From Callorhinchus milii (lineage: Eukaryota), in assembly GCF_018977255.1 (NCBI RefSeq), contig NW_024704747.1, positions 24,924,001-24,988,000 of the forward strand: a stretch of 64,000 bases of DNA, given 5' to 3'. A model generated the notes under the pieces. It worked only from the letters and a program-made list of their open reading frames with translations, made no database searches and was not told the DNA's origin. Of the stretch, positions 11,644-23,800 are shown piece after piece (positions within the stretch are counted from its first letter, which is position 1; the number at the start of each line of letters is the position of its first letter). The position numbers and the translations under genes were made by a program.

Positions 11644-11696
11644 GTAGGTTGGTATTCGCTGTTAAGTTATTCCTTTTGCAAACGATTGCCCGTTTT

Positions 11697-12127
11697 AGGA
11701 GGGAGGGAGGGAGGGGAGGGAGAGGGAGGGAGAGAGGGGAGGGAGGGGAGGAGGGAGAGAGGGGAGGGAGGAGAGGAGGAGGAGGAGGGTGAGGAGGAGA
11801 GAGGGTGAGGAGGAGAGAGAGGGTGAGGAGGAGAGAGGGTGAGGAGGAGGAGAGGGGAGAGGAGGAGAGGGTGAGGAGGGAGAGGGTGAGGAGGAGGGAG
11901 GGGAGGAGGAGGAGAGAGGGTGAGGAGGAGAGAGAGGGTGAGGAGGAGGAGAGAGGGTGAGGAGGAGGAGAGAGGGTGAGGAGGAGGGAGAGAGGGTGAG
12001 AGGGAGGGAGAGAGGGTGAGGAGGAGAGACAGGGTGAGGAGGAGGGAGGGAGAGAGAGAGAGGGTGAGAGGGAGGGAGAGAGGGTGAGGAGGAGGGAGAG
12101 AGAGGGAGGGAGAGATGGGGGGGGGGG
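11697..12127. repeat. Polypurine tract with GAGGAGGAGAGAGGGT-like units
   Basis: Almost pure G/A on the + strand. Confidence 0.9.
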
Positions 12128-12936
12128 AATATGCATTGATTTCTGTTCTATAGAAGTCGTTGTTCAGTTTGGTTGGTGCTTTGAATTCCCCCCCCTCCCT
12201 CCCTCTTTTTTTTCTTTAATAAAAGGGCGAGTCTTAAAAGTTGACCCTCTGCATCAATCCAATCCTGTTATGTTATGTTATTGATTGAACAGAAGAGGAA
12301 ATGAGGTGCCAGTGAACTCCTTCCCCCCCCACCCCACCCCACCCCACCGACAAGATGCAGAGGCAGCAACATCCATCCCAGTTGAGTGCAGCAGGACATG
12401 ATGATGATGATGAGTTCAGTGGGTTTGGCTTTGCTTGGCTTTTGGGTTGGATGAGATTATTGGATTGAGCCTTTCTCAATCCTCCCCCTGATTTATCTCC
12501 TTCTCCACTTTCCCTGCGGCCTGCCCTTTAATTTCCTGAAAATACAGTAAGCGATCGTCAGTTCCCGGTGTTGACGTTAGCGATAGCTTTTTGAACCTTC
12601 CGTCCCGCATGAAAGGTATTGATATAAGTGCAAGTTATTGTTATATCCTCTACCCCTTGAACCATTGGCTCAAATAATCAAAAGTTGGCGCACGCCAACG
12701 CAATCTGGTCTATTAAATGGACTACCACAGAAAGCAGTCTTGACTTGTGTAGACCACTTGTCCAATTCTGTACTCACGTAATTTGATGGGCATCATTGAA
12801 AGCATCCTTTGATGTCAAGTGTATTTAGGAAACGTAGTGCATATATCCATTTACAAAGCAATTAGCTGTATATAATGTTTGTGTATTCAGTGATGCTTGT
12901 GGACATAGTGTCTTGCTTTTGTCAGTATTGTTAAAA

Positions 12937-13440
12937 GAAACTTGAATTTTTTACAGTGTCTTATAACAAACTGTCCCAAATCACTTCACAGGGAGTTTCG
13001 GTTTAGTGTGTGGTGTCTGCTTTTTGTGGGCAAATACAGCATCATGTTTGCACAGACAGATAAGGGGTAAATGACCTATTAACGTGGAGTATCATTGGCC
13101 AAGAGACCGCAAAACTTTTCTTTGTGAATACAGTAGTAGCATGAATCTTTAATGTCAACACCAACTTGGCATTTATATAGTGCCCCTCAGGCCGGGTAGA
13201 GTCCCAGATTGCTTAACTGTGGCGGAGCACGACACCGAGACGGGGTAGGGGGAGGTGACCATAGGCCATCGGACCACCTGGACATGCAGACAATCCCTGG
13301 CTTGAAGTCTCATCCGAACAGTGGCGCACACTTCCAACAATACAGTGCTTCCCCCAGTACTGTACACTAAAACCTGATTTGGGACAGGAACCTACAACCT
13401 TATAGTGCAACGCAAAGAGTGCTAACAATTAAACTGACAC
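12937..13440 (-). mobile_element. Old Deu-domain SINE interrupted by an L2-type tail fragment (about 13162-13285)
   Basis: Degenerate tail at 12940-12990, Deu-like tctcatccgaa and cagtactg at 13308-13365, tRNA-like head remnant at 13385-13440; second tail catttatatagtgcc at 13170. Confidence 0.6.
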
Positions 13441-14584
13441 ACAGCATTCAGGATTTCCGGATGTTGATATTTTAGAAATCATAAGTCCTGCACTGCACTT
13501 GTGGCAGACCTAAAATTTATTTTGGTGCATTTGATGAGTAATTGTAAGTTATAATTATGTATTTATACTGTTGTGATTATTTCTAAGAATATAGCTGTGG
13601 AGAGTAGAATTCAGGTTTATACTTTATGCTCCATATTGCGTCAAATTGTGGTTGTAAAGAAACCCTATGGGTTCTGCACGGAACACCACAATTGGGTGTT
13701 TTACTGGCATTAGACTGATATTCAAAGCTCAGACCCCACAATGCCTGAAGGATCTTATATAAATGCAAGTTGTGGACAATTGACTTTGACATTTCAATAG
13801 TAAAACATGGTCCATTGAAAGTTCCATGGATAATTCAGTGGACTGCTGTGGACCTAGTTTAATGTGATTCATATTTGCTGCGTTTACACTGCAACAAATG
13901 TGAATTGCAATCAAGGTAACATAATAGTCTTCAGATACAGAATAGCACAATCAAAACATGAAGAAATTACATGCGACTGTTTATTTCATGAAAGTGATTG
14001 CTTCCAGAGACCTTGTGCAGTTGGCATGTTGTGGAATGTGAATAATCAGAAGTAAATATTCCAAAACGAAATAATCTACCATTGCAACATATATCGTTGA
14101 CTCCTGACCAGTTTTATTCCATCAATAATTCTTAGATTTTAAGATCATCTAATTTTGAGCATATAGTTTAAAACTGTCATTCTTATTTAATATTTATACA
14201 CCATAATATTAAATATACTAATTTGACTTGGTACTAATCGTTTTTAACCATATTGGTTATGTATTCATCATATTCAAAGACAGGGAAGTTTGTCTCTGGC
14301 TTGTTAATTTTATATTGGCACATTCTATTTCTGAGGTCTAATGTGTCAACATATAGTATGTACATCTATATCCTTCATACTGTTATCTTATCCACTCAAT
14401 GTTTTCTTCAGTCAAACTAAATGTAATTATGTGTAAACGTCTCACCACTCAGGCCTGAACTTGCTTGTTTCTCCTTCTGCCCTCTCCCATCCATCAGTGC
14501 AGTGGCCTGTTGCAGGAATGATTAGCAAATTGGCACGTGGCATTCAAGAAATGACAATAATAGGCAAGAAGGAAGAGGAAATAA

Positions 14585-14880
14585 GATGTTCTAAGATTTA
14601 CCAGGGATAAGAAGATAGAGCTATCACGAAAGATTGGACAGGTTGGACTTTTCTCTTCAGAGTCGAGATGATTGAGAGGGAACCTGATGGAGCTGTTTGA
14701 TTATGAAAGGATTTAGTAAGGTAGATGTTGATAGGCTGCTTCCATTTGTTGGTGAGTCCAAAATAAGAGGGCATAAATATGATAACTGGGAATATGATAA
14801 AGGGAATAGAACTATATTCCGTATAAACACCAGCACAGACTAGTTGGGACGAATGCCTGTTTCCATGGCATTATCATTCA
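14585..14880 (+). mobile_element. CR1 3' fragment, degenerate with internal deletion
   Basis: Encodes YHERLDRLDF.. and LRGNLMELF; homologous to 54311-54768; CR1-type 3'UTR. Confidence 0.8.
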
Positions 14881-15702
14881 GTGAAATTCTGTACATTTCT
14901 GTAGCTTTGTTGGTTTGGTTATTGATACTGTTTACTTGAACAAAGTGATTTTTGCTTCAAACAAAAGTACAAGCTAAAGACTTGTCACTGCTGTTCATAC
15001 ACCAATGCAAAATAGCTTTTAGGTTGTATGTTTTTATCCTGCAAATGTGGGCATTTCTGATGTTTGAAAAAGCGAATAACATTGCTCTTGTTTGCAAATT
15101 GGTTGATTTGACCAGTTTTAACCAAAAGGAGAAGCCAGTCTAAAGACTGCTTAAGACACAAATACTGTACATGCCATGACCTGAAAACATCTTTTCTGTG
15201 AATCATTGGTACAAGTGCTATATACATTGTGACATAGATTTTTTTCTTGTTCTCTTTCTCATTGCAAGAATTGTAGTAGGGGGTTATTTAAATATAGTCC
15301 CTTCATAATGCTACAGTGTTCTCAGGAAATAGCACTGTTACTGTAATAAGACAATGGCCTGAAGTAAGATTTATTGCAGTCTGGCAGGTTTTAAGATGTC
15401 ACTTGATGCGTTACTTGATAATTTTCGTTATCACTTTTGATTGAGTACTGGATACATGTGACAGAAAACAGTCATGGAAAAACATGTTATTGATTCAAGA
15501 TTGATAATTTTGGTATTGTCAAGGAGAGTGTGTGAGAAAATGGTTTAACGCTATGCTGCTATGACAACCTCTATCTATCTTGGAATAAATTGTGCACAAC
15601 GATAATTTTTAATTATCACATACTTCTATTCCCTCCTCCTTCACATAATCATTACATTTTCTCTTAAATACGCTGATACTATTTTTTGCTGCAACCACAC
15701 CC

Positions 15703-16010
15703 TCTGTCCTTCGGATGAGATGTTAAACTGAGGTCCCGTCTGCCTGTTCAGGTGGACGTTATACATCCCATACCACTATTTGAAAAGGGAAGGGAGTTTC
15801 TCCTGGTATCCTGGCCAACAAATCCCCCAAATAAAAAAAAATTGTTTATTCATTCCATAGCTATTTGTTGTACATTGCTGTGCGCAAATTGGCATTTGCA
15901 ATTTGCCCACAAAATACAGTCAATCCATTTTACAGTACATCCTGTGAAGCATGTTGAGACATCGCGACAACATGATAGGGCGCTGTATCAAATGCAAGGA
16001 TTACTATTGC
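15703..16010 (+). mobile_element. Deu-domain SINE (AmnSINE1/SacSINE1 superfamily-like), head missing
   Basis: ttcggatgagatgttaaactgaggtcccgtctgcctgttcaggtggacg...tcctggccaa...tgctgtgcgcaaattggc matches the Deu domain as recalled; TTA tail. Confidence 0.85.
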
Positions 16011-16020
16011 AATAATTCCT

Positions 16021-16200
16021 AGGACTGGGTGGTTCAGTGGATTAGCACACCATCCTTTCACATCTGCAACCTGCTGGCTGTAATGGCCTATATGAAATGG
16101 TTTTGGACAGATTGATCCTAGTTCTAATGAATGTGGGTTACAGGAGAATTGCTTATATTGCTGCCATTAATTGACGCTATAGAACAGCAGGAGTGGGAAA
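16021..16200 (+). mobile_element. LF-SINE-like relic
   Basis: ggactgggtggttcagtgg..cctttcac..tggctg..tggcctatatgaaatg..cctagttctaatg resembles the LF-SINE 5' half as recalled. Confidence 0.65.
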
Positions 16201-17837
16201 TGGTGCCATTTACTTTGATGAAGTAGAGTTGTGAGTTTGAAATTAATGGTATGCTGTTGAGTACAAGGAGATATGTCCTTATCCGGGGTCATGGTGTAAG
16301 ACTTAGAAGTTGATACTGGGTGCCTCAAAAAGTTGACCTTAAAATCTCTTCTCTTTCTCCCCCGAAATGTGAAAATTCAAATATATAATTTAACCCGGCT
16401 TTCTTGTCATTTCTGTGTACGGAGTTTTCAAAGTGAAAAATTCAATTCGTGCAGTGTTTTCGAGTTTGATTAGATCATTTTCAGTCTGAAGCTGTAACTA
16501 GAATGTTAATCTACAGCACATACTAGAAAGGTACTATTCCGTCATTTGTTGTTTATCTCTATTACTGACCAGCTTCAGGTGATTTTTTTTGTACAATGAA
16601 AACTGCTTTAAAAAAAACTTAACCTTGTTTTTTGAGGAAAGATATTTCAAATCTACCAAATGGAATATTTTCCTAGTTCTGCCATTTTGGCTACTTTTGT
16701 ATTATGCAGTTGATCTTTGCCCCAATTGCATATTGTTACAGCATACAATGATGGGATGTTTAAAGAGAGCACAGAAAGAGGCCTTCAACTTGTCATATCT
16801 CCTGTTGTTGACTTCTCTTACTTAAGATAGCTGCTCTTGTAGGACATTATCTGTTATAATGTGGATTCTCTCATAATACGATCAGGCTATGGAAACAAGT
16901 TTGAAATATTTTCAGCTACTTCCAAGTGTATTTTAAAAGAAACTATTAGAACGTGTTGAAACTATAGATGACAAAGATTACATTTCTTCTAATTGATGAA
17001 TATTACAATATGCTGACACATTTAAGGTACAGAACCAGGATCTTCTGCAGATTATATCCTTGAAGTAGTTAGGAAAATGTGCATTGGAGAATGTCCAATC
17101 CTTATTGAAACACAACTAATGATTGCATTTCCTCATTTTAGGACATGGGCTTGTGGTGGCTTTTGAGAGATTAGTGGAGAATGTATTTACCAACCAAAGT
17201 GCTTCAAGTAAGTATCTACAATTCTTTCCCATTTGCAATGATTCTGTTAACAAAAGGGTCAATAACGGGATGGTTATCCGCTTGGATAGCGGAACATTAT
17301 ATATCTTAACATTTGTCTTGTTTCCCTCATTTCCCAGTGAGGCTCTTGTAAATATTGTTTTACATTAATTATTTAAATCCAAAATATATACTCGTTCCTT
17401 CAGAAACTGCTTTTCAAGTAATGAATTCTTTTGATAGTGTACTTCAAGTAGTTTGTCCCACTAGCGTTTAGGAATGTCTGGTGGTGAGGTTGCAGGGTTA
17501 AGTGTACAGTCGTAAACAGTTTGTATAATTTTGTAATGCATAAAAAATATTGTAGTTTGAGAAACCTCAGGATATGATGAGAAAAGCAGCCTCAGCCTGA
17601 TTACTCCAAGGCAAGTCTGGTATGAGTATATTTCTGTTTAGATTTTTTTGTTTATCAAATTAATGGATAAAATTAGCAGTTTATCGAATATTCCTTCTTG
17701 GTTAGATAATTTCATTTAAGATTCATATAAGGTTTATATTGTAGGTATAGTAAATAAAAGTACAAAGAAAAATGATTGATTGTGTGTGTTTGCTTGCAGA
17801 ATTATAGACATTTCTGATTGTGTTGGTTCTGAAGAAA

Positions 17838-17892
17838 ATGGAAGCCACAAGCATATTGCCCATACTGAAGAAAAGGCTTGCCTTTCTTTCAG
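17838..17892 (+). CDS. SESTD1: SESTD1 coding exon 1 (exon starts at 17800 with 5'UTR)
   Basis: Acceptor tttgcttgcag ending 17799; strong Kozak context aaaATGG; [18 protein letters not shown]+G; donor CAG|gtacat, phase 1. Confidence 0.95.
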
Positions 17893-20800
17893 GTACATTC
17901 TTTGTGTTTGGTGGTAGTGCATATTGTGTAGTTTCAGGAATTATTGTTGCTGCGTCCGATAATATCCTAACATCCCTTTGTTTTTGACCTTGTCTTAGGT
18001 TTCCTTTATTTATAATGATGATTTTGCACCATATTATGGCTGTAATGTAATGTCGACCTTTGCATTTTAATTCATTTAGAACCATATAATTGGACCAATA
18101 TATAGTGGGTGTGGTGTAAAGAAATTCATCAACTGCATTACCAGTGGATCCTGATTTAGCCACCATTTCCTTATTGACAACCAGAGGTCTTGTTGGGATC
18201 TCTTGTTGCCACGGAAACATTGAGTAGGTATCAGAAAAATATATTGCTGACACTAGGGCTCGTGGAGTAATAGGCATTCAGCAGTTATTTTTTTCTGTAT
18301 TAATTGAATTGTGTGTCTTGTGATTTAATTAGCAGTTTCCTGTTGTCGTTCTGTTTGTCAGCCCCAATGTTGACCCTGATTGGGAAGCCCCCATTAGTCT
18401 CATTGGAATATGGTGTTTCATTTTGACAAGTGTTCAAGATGAATGATTTTATAATGTGATAAGGCATGAAACCACTGATTTTTCATGTTTCTGGAAGTTT
18501 TAATTATAGTTTCATTCAAGAGAGCTCGGAACATTTATCAGATTCTGTGACCAGGAAATGTACGGTGGACCTGCATTTGTTTTTTAAAAAACACATGCTC
18601 AGAATTAAAATTTTTATAGATTAGTATCTTATGAGTACATGGTCTCTCTTGGGGTAGCATAGGTCAGCATCGTTTCCTACCTGTAGATAATGCTCTGAAT
18701 ATGCCAGTAACTAACACAAAGGGACAGACACTCTTTTCCCCTATTAACTAAAGAGTGATGTTTGTATTGTGTATTACAGGCATGTAAACAGTGAACCATA
18801 TTTGTTTGACAAAGTGTAAAATATGTTTGACTGAAATGGTGTTCTACCGAATTAAAAATCACTTTGAAGGTTAGATTTGAAAAATCTATTCTTCTGAAAG
18901 TATCTTCATAGTGATCATGGCTGGGTGTATGAGTGAAGTGACGCTTGCATCGAGTTGCTTTTTGTTATGATGAAGCATGTGTCTATGTTGCTGCTGTAGG
19001 ACATTGTAAATTTAATAGAGGGAAAAGGAAATCAGAGTAAATTCACTTTGAGACAAGTGGCTGTAATCAGGACGTGATGAGATCGGATGCAATCCATTGT
19101 ATTCTGACCTAAAAGTTTAATTTATATTTTGGAGGAAAAGTCTTACTTTCCTGCAGTTTAATCAAATCTGTTGTAATCAACCTCGTTTACGCTGCATTGC
19201 TGAACAACAAATAAGCACATTTTCCCAAAAAATTTGCTGTTTTCAAAACGTTACAATAATTTTAAATGACTAATTGCAAGTGGGCTCCGCGTGTAATTTG
19301 TCATTGTTTCTCCATGTTCTGCTTTACACAAACCAAGCTTTTGGTTTTGTGGGGAAAACAACAATTTGAGGGGGATGCACAAGCTGCAGCCCATCTGATT
19401 TGGATTGACCAGGTTTCTGCTTTCTAATCAGTTTCTAGATATGTGTTTACTTCAGAACTTGTGTTGATGTTTATTTTCCACAATAACAGAGACGTGGGCA
19501 CGGCATTCCACAGATGGCACCACTGACCTGTGAATCCACTTTACGGTATATTCTGCGAAGCGCTTTGAGACGTCTCAAAGACGTGATTAGGCGCTTTCAC
19601 AAATGCAGGGATTGTTATTACTACTATTATTACTGACAAGTAAAAATAGTCAAAAGAAGGTAGAACATTGGCAAACGGGATGACGGAAAGAGGAAGCACT
19701 ATTTCATCACTTTTGTGTGTACGTTTCCTGTGCGCTAAACACAGAACTCTGCATCCGTGCAGCACACAGAATTCATTGTTCTTTCCTAACTTAAATGATT
19801 TAACAACCTCTGACTGAATTCCTGTATTTATTTTATATAGTCAACAAAAGGTTTGCATTTTTATAGAAAAGAATTGTTGAGAGGAAGGGGGTGGCCTGCA
19901 TTTGTGCTGTTGATATAATAGTGAGCCTAATAAACCGCTTAAAATAATTTTTCGTATGTAATGGGATTTGCAAAAACATTTCCTTTTCTTGTGGTAGATT
20001 TTATTTGCTGAGTAATGTACAGAAGCAGCTCGAATTTCACTAATGCTGGGTATATGTTGCACGCTTGATACATCTATTGGGCACCTCAATGAGGAAACTC
20101 CATGGAGACACCAGGTAACCGGAAGAACATTATACCTATTCACTGGAACTACTCAGCTCTGAAAGATTGAATTGGAACAAAGTTCACACAGGTCATTCTG
20201 ATGTACTTCTGCGTTTCTTATTAAGGAATACTGTTAGATTCTTCTAAGCCCCCTGCTGCTTTCAATGCCTTGGGACGTCTTCCTGACATGAAAGGTGCAA
20301 CACAAATGTAATTTGTTGTTGTTGCATTGTGAATTTGAGGAATTGCTGACACTAGAGCATGTGCATTGTTATAGCCCAGCCTTGGATTAAAAAAACAGGT
20401 GTTCTCTGGGTTTTTGTTGCCTGCGTGTGGAACGTATGATGATGCCACTGGGTCATGTATGCAATCGCATTATTTGACAATGTACAGATTTGCAAGCACT
20501 CAAAAATTAATGTTTTTCCCAATTGGCTGCTCTCTAAAATGTCGGGTTGTGAACAACAACAACAAAATTACATTTATAGAGCGCCTTTCACGTCCGGAGG
20601 ACGTCCCAATGCGCTGAGAACCGGGAGCTGTACCTAAATGGGGGACGTCTTCGCTTTCACCCGTGTTTTTCCTGTGACCACGACTTTTATTTAGGTTGCA
20701 GCTTTTTAGGAAAACCAGTATCGCATTTTTTTTTAAAGTACTGCCACTGATCAGTCACTGAGAGTGACACTGGTTTGCAAAGGGAGCTTAAAAAAATACG

Positions 20801-23800
20801 GGTACATAAGATTCTGAGTAGGATAGAGAAAGTAAATCCAGAACAACGGTTTCAGATGAGCCATGGAGAATGACGGGAGGGCATAAGTTTAGGTTTGTTA
20901 CCAGGAAAGGTAGGAGAGGTCAGTATCCTTGTTTAGGAAATGACTTGGTGGGCAGGGTAGCTATTCTGGAAGGAGTAGCCATCCTCCCATTACAACTCTC
21001 GCCAGAAAACTGTGATGCAAATCTGGCATAAAATAAAATGTATCACATATAAAATGTATGATATGTGGCAAATACTCTAGTGTAGCATTTATTTGGGTAA
21101 GCAGTGTTGGGAAGGCAAATGTTTGCTTCCTAATTGCCTGCAGTTGTTTGCACTATGTATTTTTATACCACACTTACAATATCTGTGTGCCTTCGGTAAA
21201 TTTACATCATTGTGACATCCCCCCATCCCTCCCCCCCGTCCTTCCCCCCCCCCGCGCATCTGCCTCATCAGACAGGATTCCTACATTGGAAAACAAAACC
21301 TAAAAGCGTTAGTATGCTGCAAAAGTATTTTGGCACATTAGCAGCAAATTAATCACAGCTATTTTATGGTAATTGAATTTATCATATTAATAGATGACCC
21401 AGTTGCGTAATTTGAAATTCCAATGCTGAATTAGCCACTTCTTGTAGTAAACGACCTGTTTCAAGTGAAGTAAATTGAAGCTGTCTTTAAACTGCTTTTA
21501 TGTTCCTACTTTGATATTATTGAATATCAAATGCAAAGATTATTATTGTTCTCCAGAAGTAACTATTAATATATAATGTTTTTCCCAACTCTGGAGCTAT
21601 TCAGACTTCACTTTGAGTCAGATCTCCCATTATCTTAGAATGTAGCTTCCAATAATGAAAAGTGTGGATTTGGATCAAACAGCTCCAGTGGTACTCTGTA
21701 CCCACACAGCAATCTTAAAATCATGGCATAAGTGTTTGTTGAAAGCATTAAGGTATTTATTTGTGCATATCTGCATTGCCAGCAGAGGTGTTTTAGGGAG
21801 GTTTGCTAGACGATAGCCATAAGGGAATCTCAAAACAAAGCTGGGAGGAAAGTTGTCTGATTTGTCCACATGCACCTCACAGCCTCCATGAGTTTTGGAC
21901 ATGGTTCATAAAATTCCCATGGTGGTACAGGGATGTCAGTGATTCTTGTGCAATGATATATATATCTGCTTTTACTTAGAATGTCATTTGCTCCAAAACT
22001 CCCAACGGTGGTCTGTAAAGGTCAATTATCCTAGCCAGAGAACCTAGTGGCCATCAAAGCTGCTCACAGAAACTTGGAACGTTAATCTTAATTGGTTTTG
22101 CCATTCTGATTGCTAGCCAGTTGTGTGAATTGAATTAATACTAAATTAGCTGTGCCGGGTGAGGCATATTTATGGAAAACTAGTTTCAGTGAGTAAATTT
22201 GCTTCACTGGATCTCTTGTGTCTGGAGGTGGATGAAGAGCCATCTGCTGACATCAATGAGGGAAATTTATCCCCCCCCATAAATATGTCAGTATCACACT
22301 TGATAAGAAATTGGTCGTTCAATTCACGACTGTTTGTGGGACACTGCTGTGCACAAATTGGCTGCCACATTTTGCCCACTTTCACTTTCCAGTATATTCT
22401 GTGAAGCGCTTTGAGGCATCTCGAAGACGTGATAAGGCACTATATCAAATGCAGGGATTATTATTCTTGTGGGATATGTGCTGAATGATTGTGTATCCTA
22501 CGTCTGGTGCAGTGAAATACCTTGGCACAATGGGTGGCCACTTTATCGGAAACTTATACACGATTGCCCCTCAAAAAGAACCCAAAACCTACTACAAAGG
22601 CAGGAGGGAAGAGGAGTTAGAGAGCTCTGCTTCATCAAGAACGTCTATCAACTTTTTAACTAGCCTTTTTCCGTCTGGCCCAAAGCTACAGTAAGCAGTC
22701 TGCATTTAGAATAATAGTGAGGGCTAGATAAGATTCACATGATCTTGTTGGCTTGGCCTAGTGTCATGCCTGAGCTCAGATTTTGTGCGTACAGTTGTAA
22801 TGAGTGGGAATGCTGCACATTTTGTTTGGGAAAAGATTGCGCTTTGAATTAAAGGCTTCACTATGCTTGACTGCTTACAATTTTAAATATTTATGATTTA
22901 GCGATTTTTAAAAAAAAAAATTGGGGTGTTTTATTGTCCTTTTGGGACCTGACTAAAATGGGTAAAATGTGGTGGTTGACATTTACATGTTGGGAGCATC
23001 GTGGCAGTGCATGAGTTCACATGAGTTCATTGCCAAGTTGGAAGACCTGCTTCAGAACAGTGCTAATATGAATCAGTCCCGTAAAAATGCATCAGTATGT
23101 AAATGCACTGGCATATCAGCCTATTAGCGTCAGTGCATCAAACGTGATGTAGGTGTGATAAAATGGAATGGATCTTATTACATCTCAATAATAGCATTCT
23201 ATACATAATAAGAGGTTCGGATGAGCAACGAGGTTTCATAACCAACAGTGTGAAACTGGTTTTAATTATTCAAAATTGCAGTGCACCATCACTTAGTATT
23301 GCTCTTGGTTTTCTCGATTTATCTGAGGGAGGCAGACTATTTAGTACAGGCTTTTCATAATATAATGCTGACCTAAACCATATCGCATTGTTTTGGAACA
23401 GGGTTGAGCAGATGTCAGTGTTGTAAAATATACTGTGCTTCTGAGTCTTTGGCAGTGAAGAATTATTTCTTGTACTTAGGAGAGCTATGCTACAATTTTA
23501 TTTTATGTGATTTTATTTCTCTTTCCAATTCTAAGAGAAATATGTTTTGATTTACAGGCACTGCAGCTTGAAAGCGTTTTGGTAGTTTTTTTTACATGCA
23601 TGAACTTTTGTTCTTTGTGAAACTGGGGAGTGCTCGTGAAAGGAACTTTTACTGTTGTTTGAGTATGAGCTATACATTTCGCCCACAACATATACAGTCT
23701 TTTTGTAGGCAAAGGCAGCAGCCATTTTGTTCCAGCAAGGCCAAAGAAACAACTATTAGGTGAATGAATAATTAATCTAGAGGACTTTTTAGCTGGGGCA

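Noticed and set aside
8603-12136. Long Pro/His/Thr/Gly/Ser-rich ORFs (up to 317 aa)
   Set aside because: Artefacts of stop-free minisatellites that are open in several frames on both strands
17723-18277. 184-aa antisense ORF over the first coding exon
   Set aside because: No recognisable motifs, intron-like composition, and overlap explained by the SESTD1 exon
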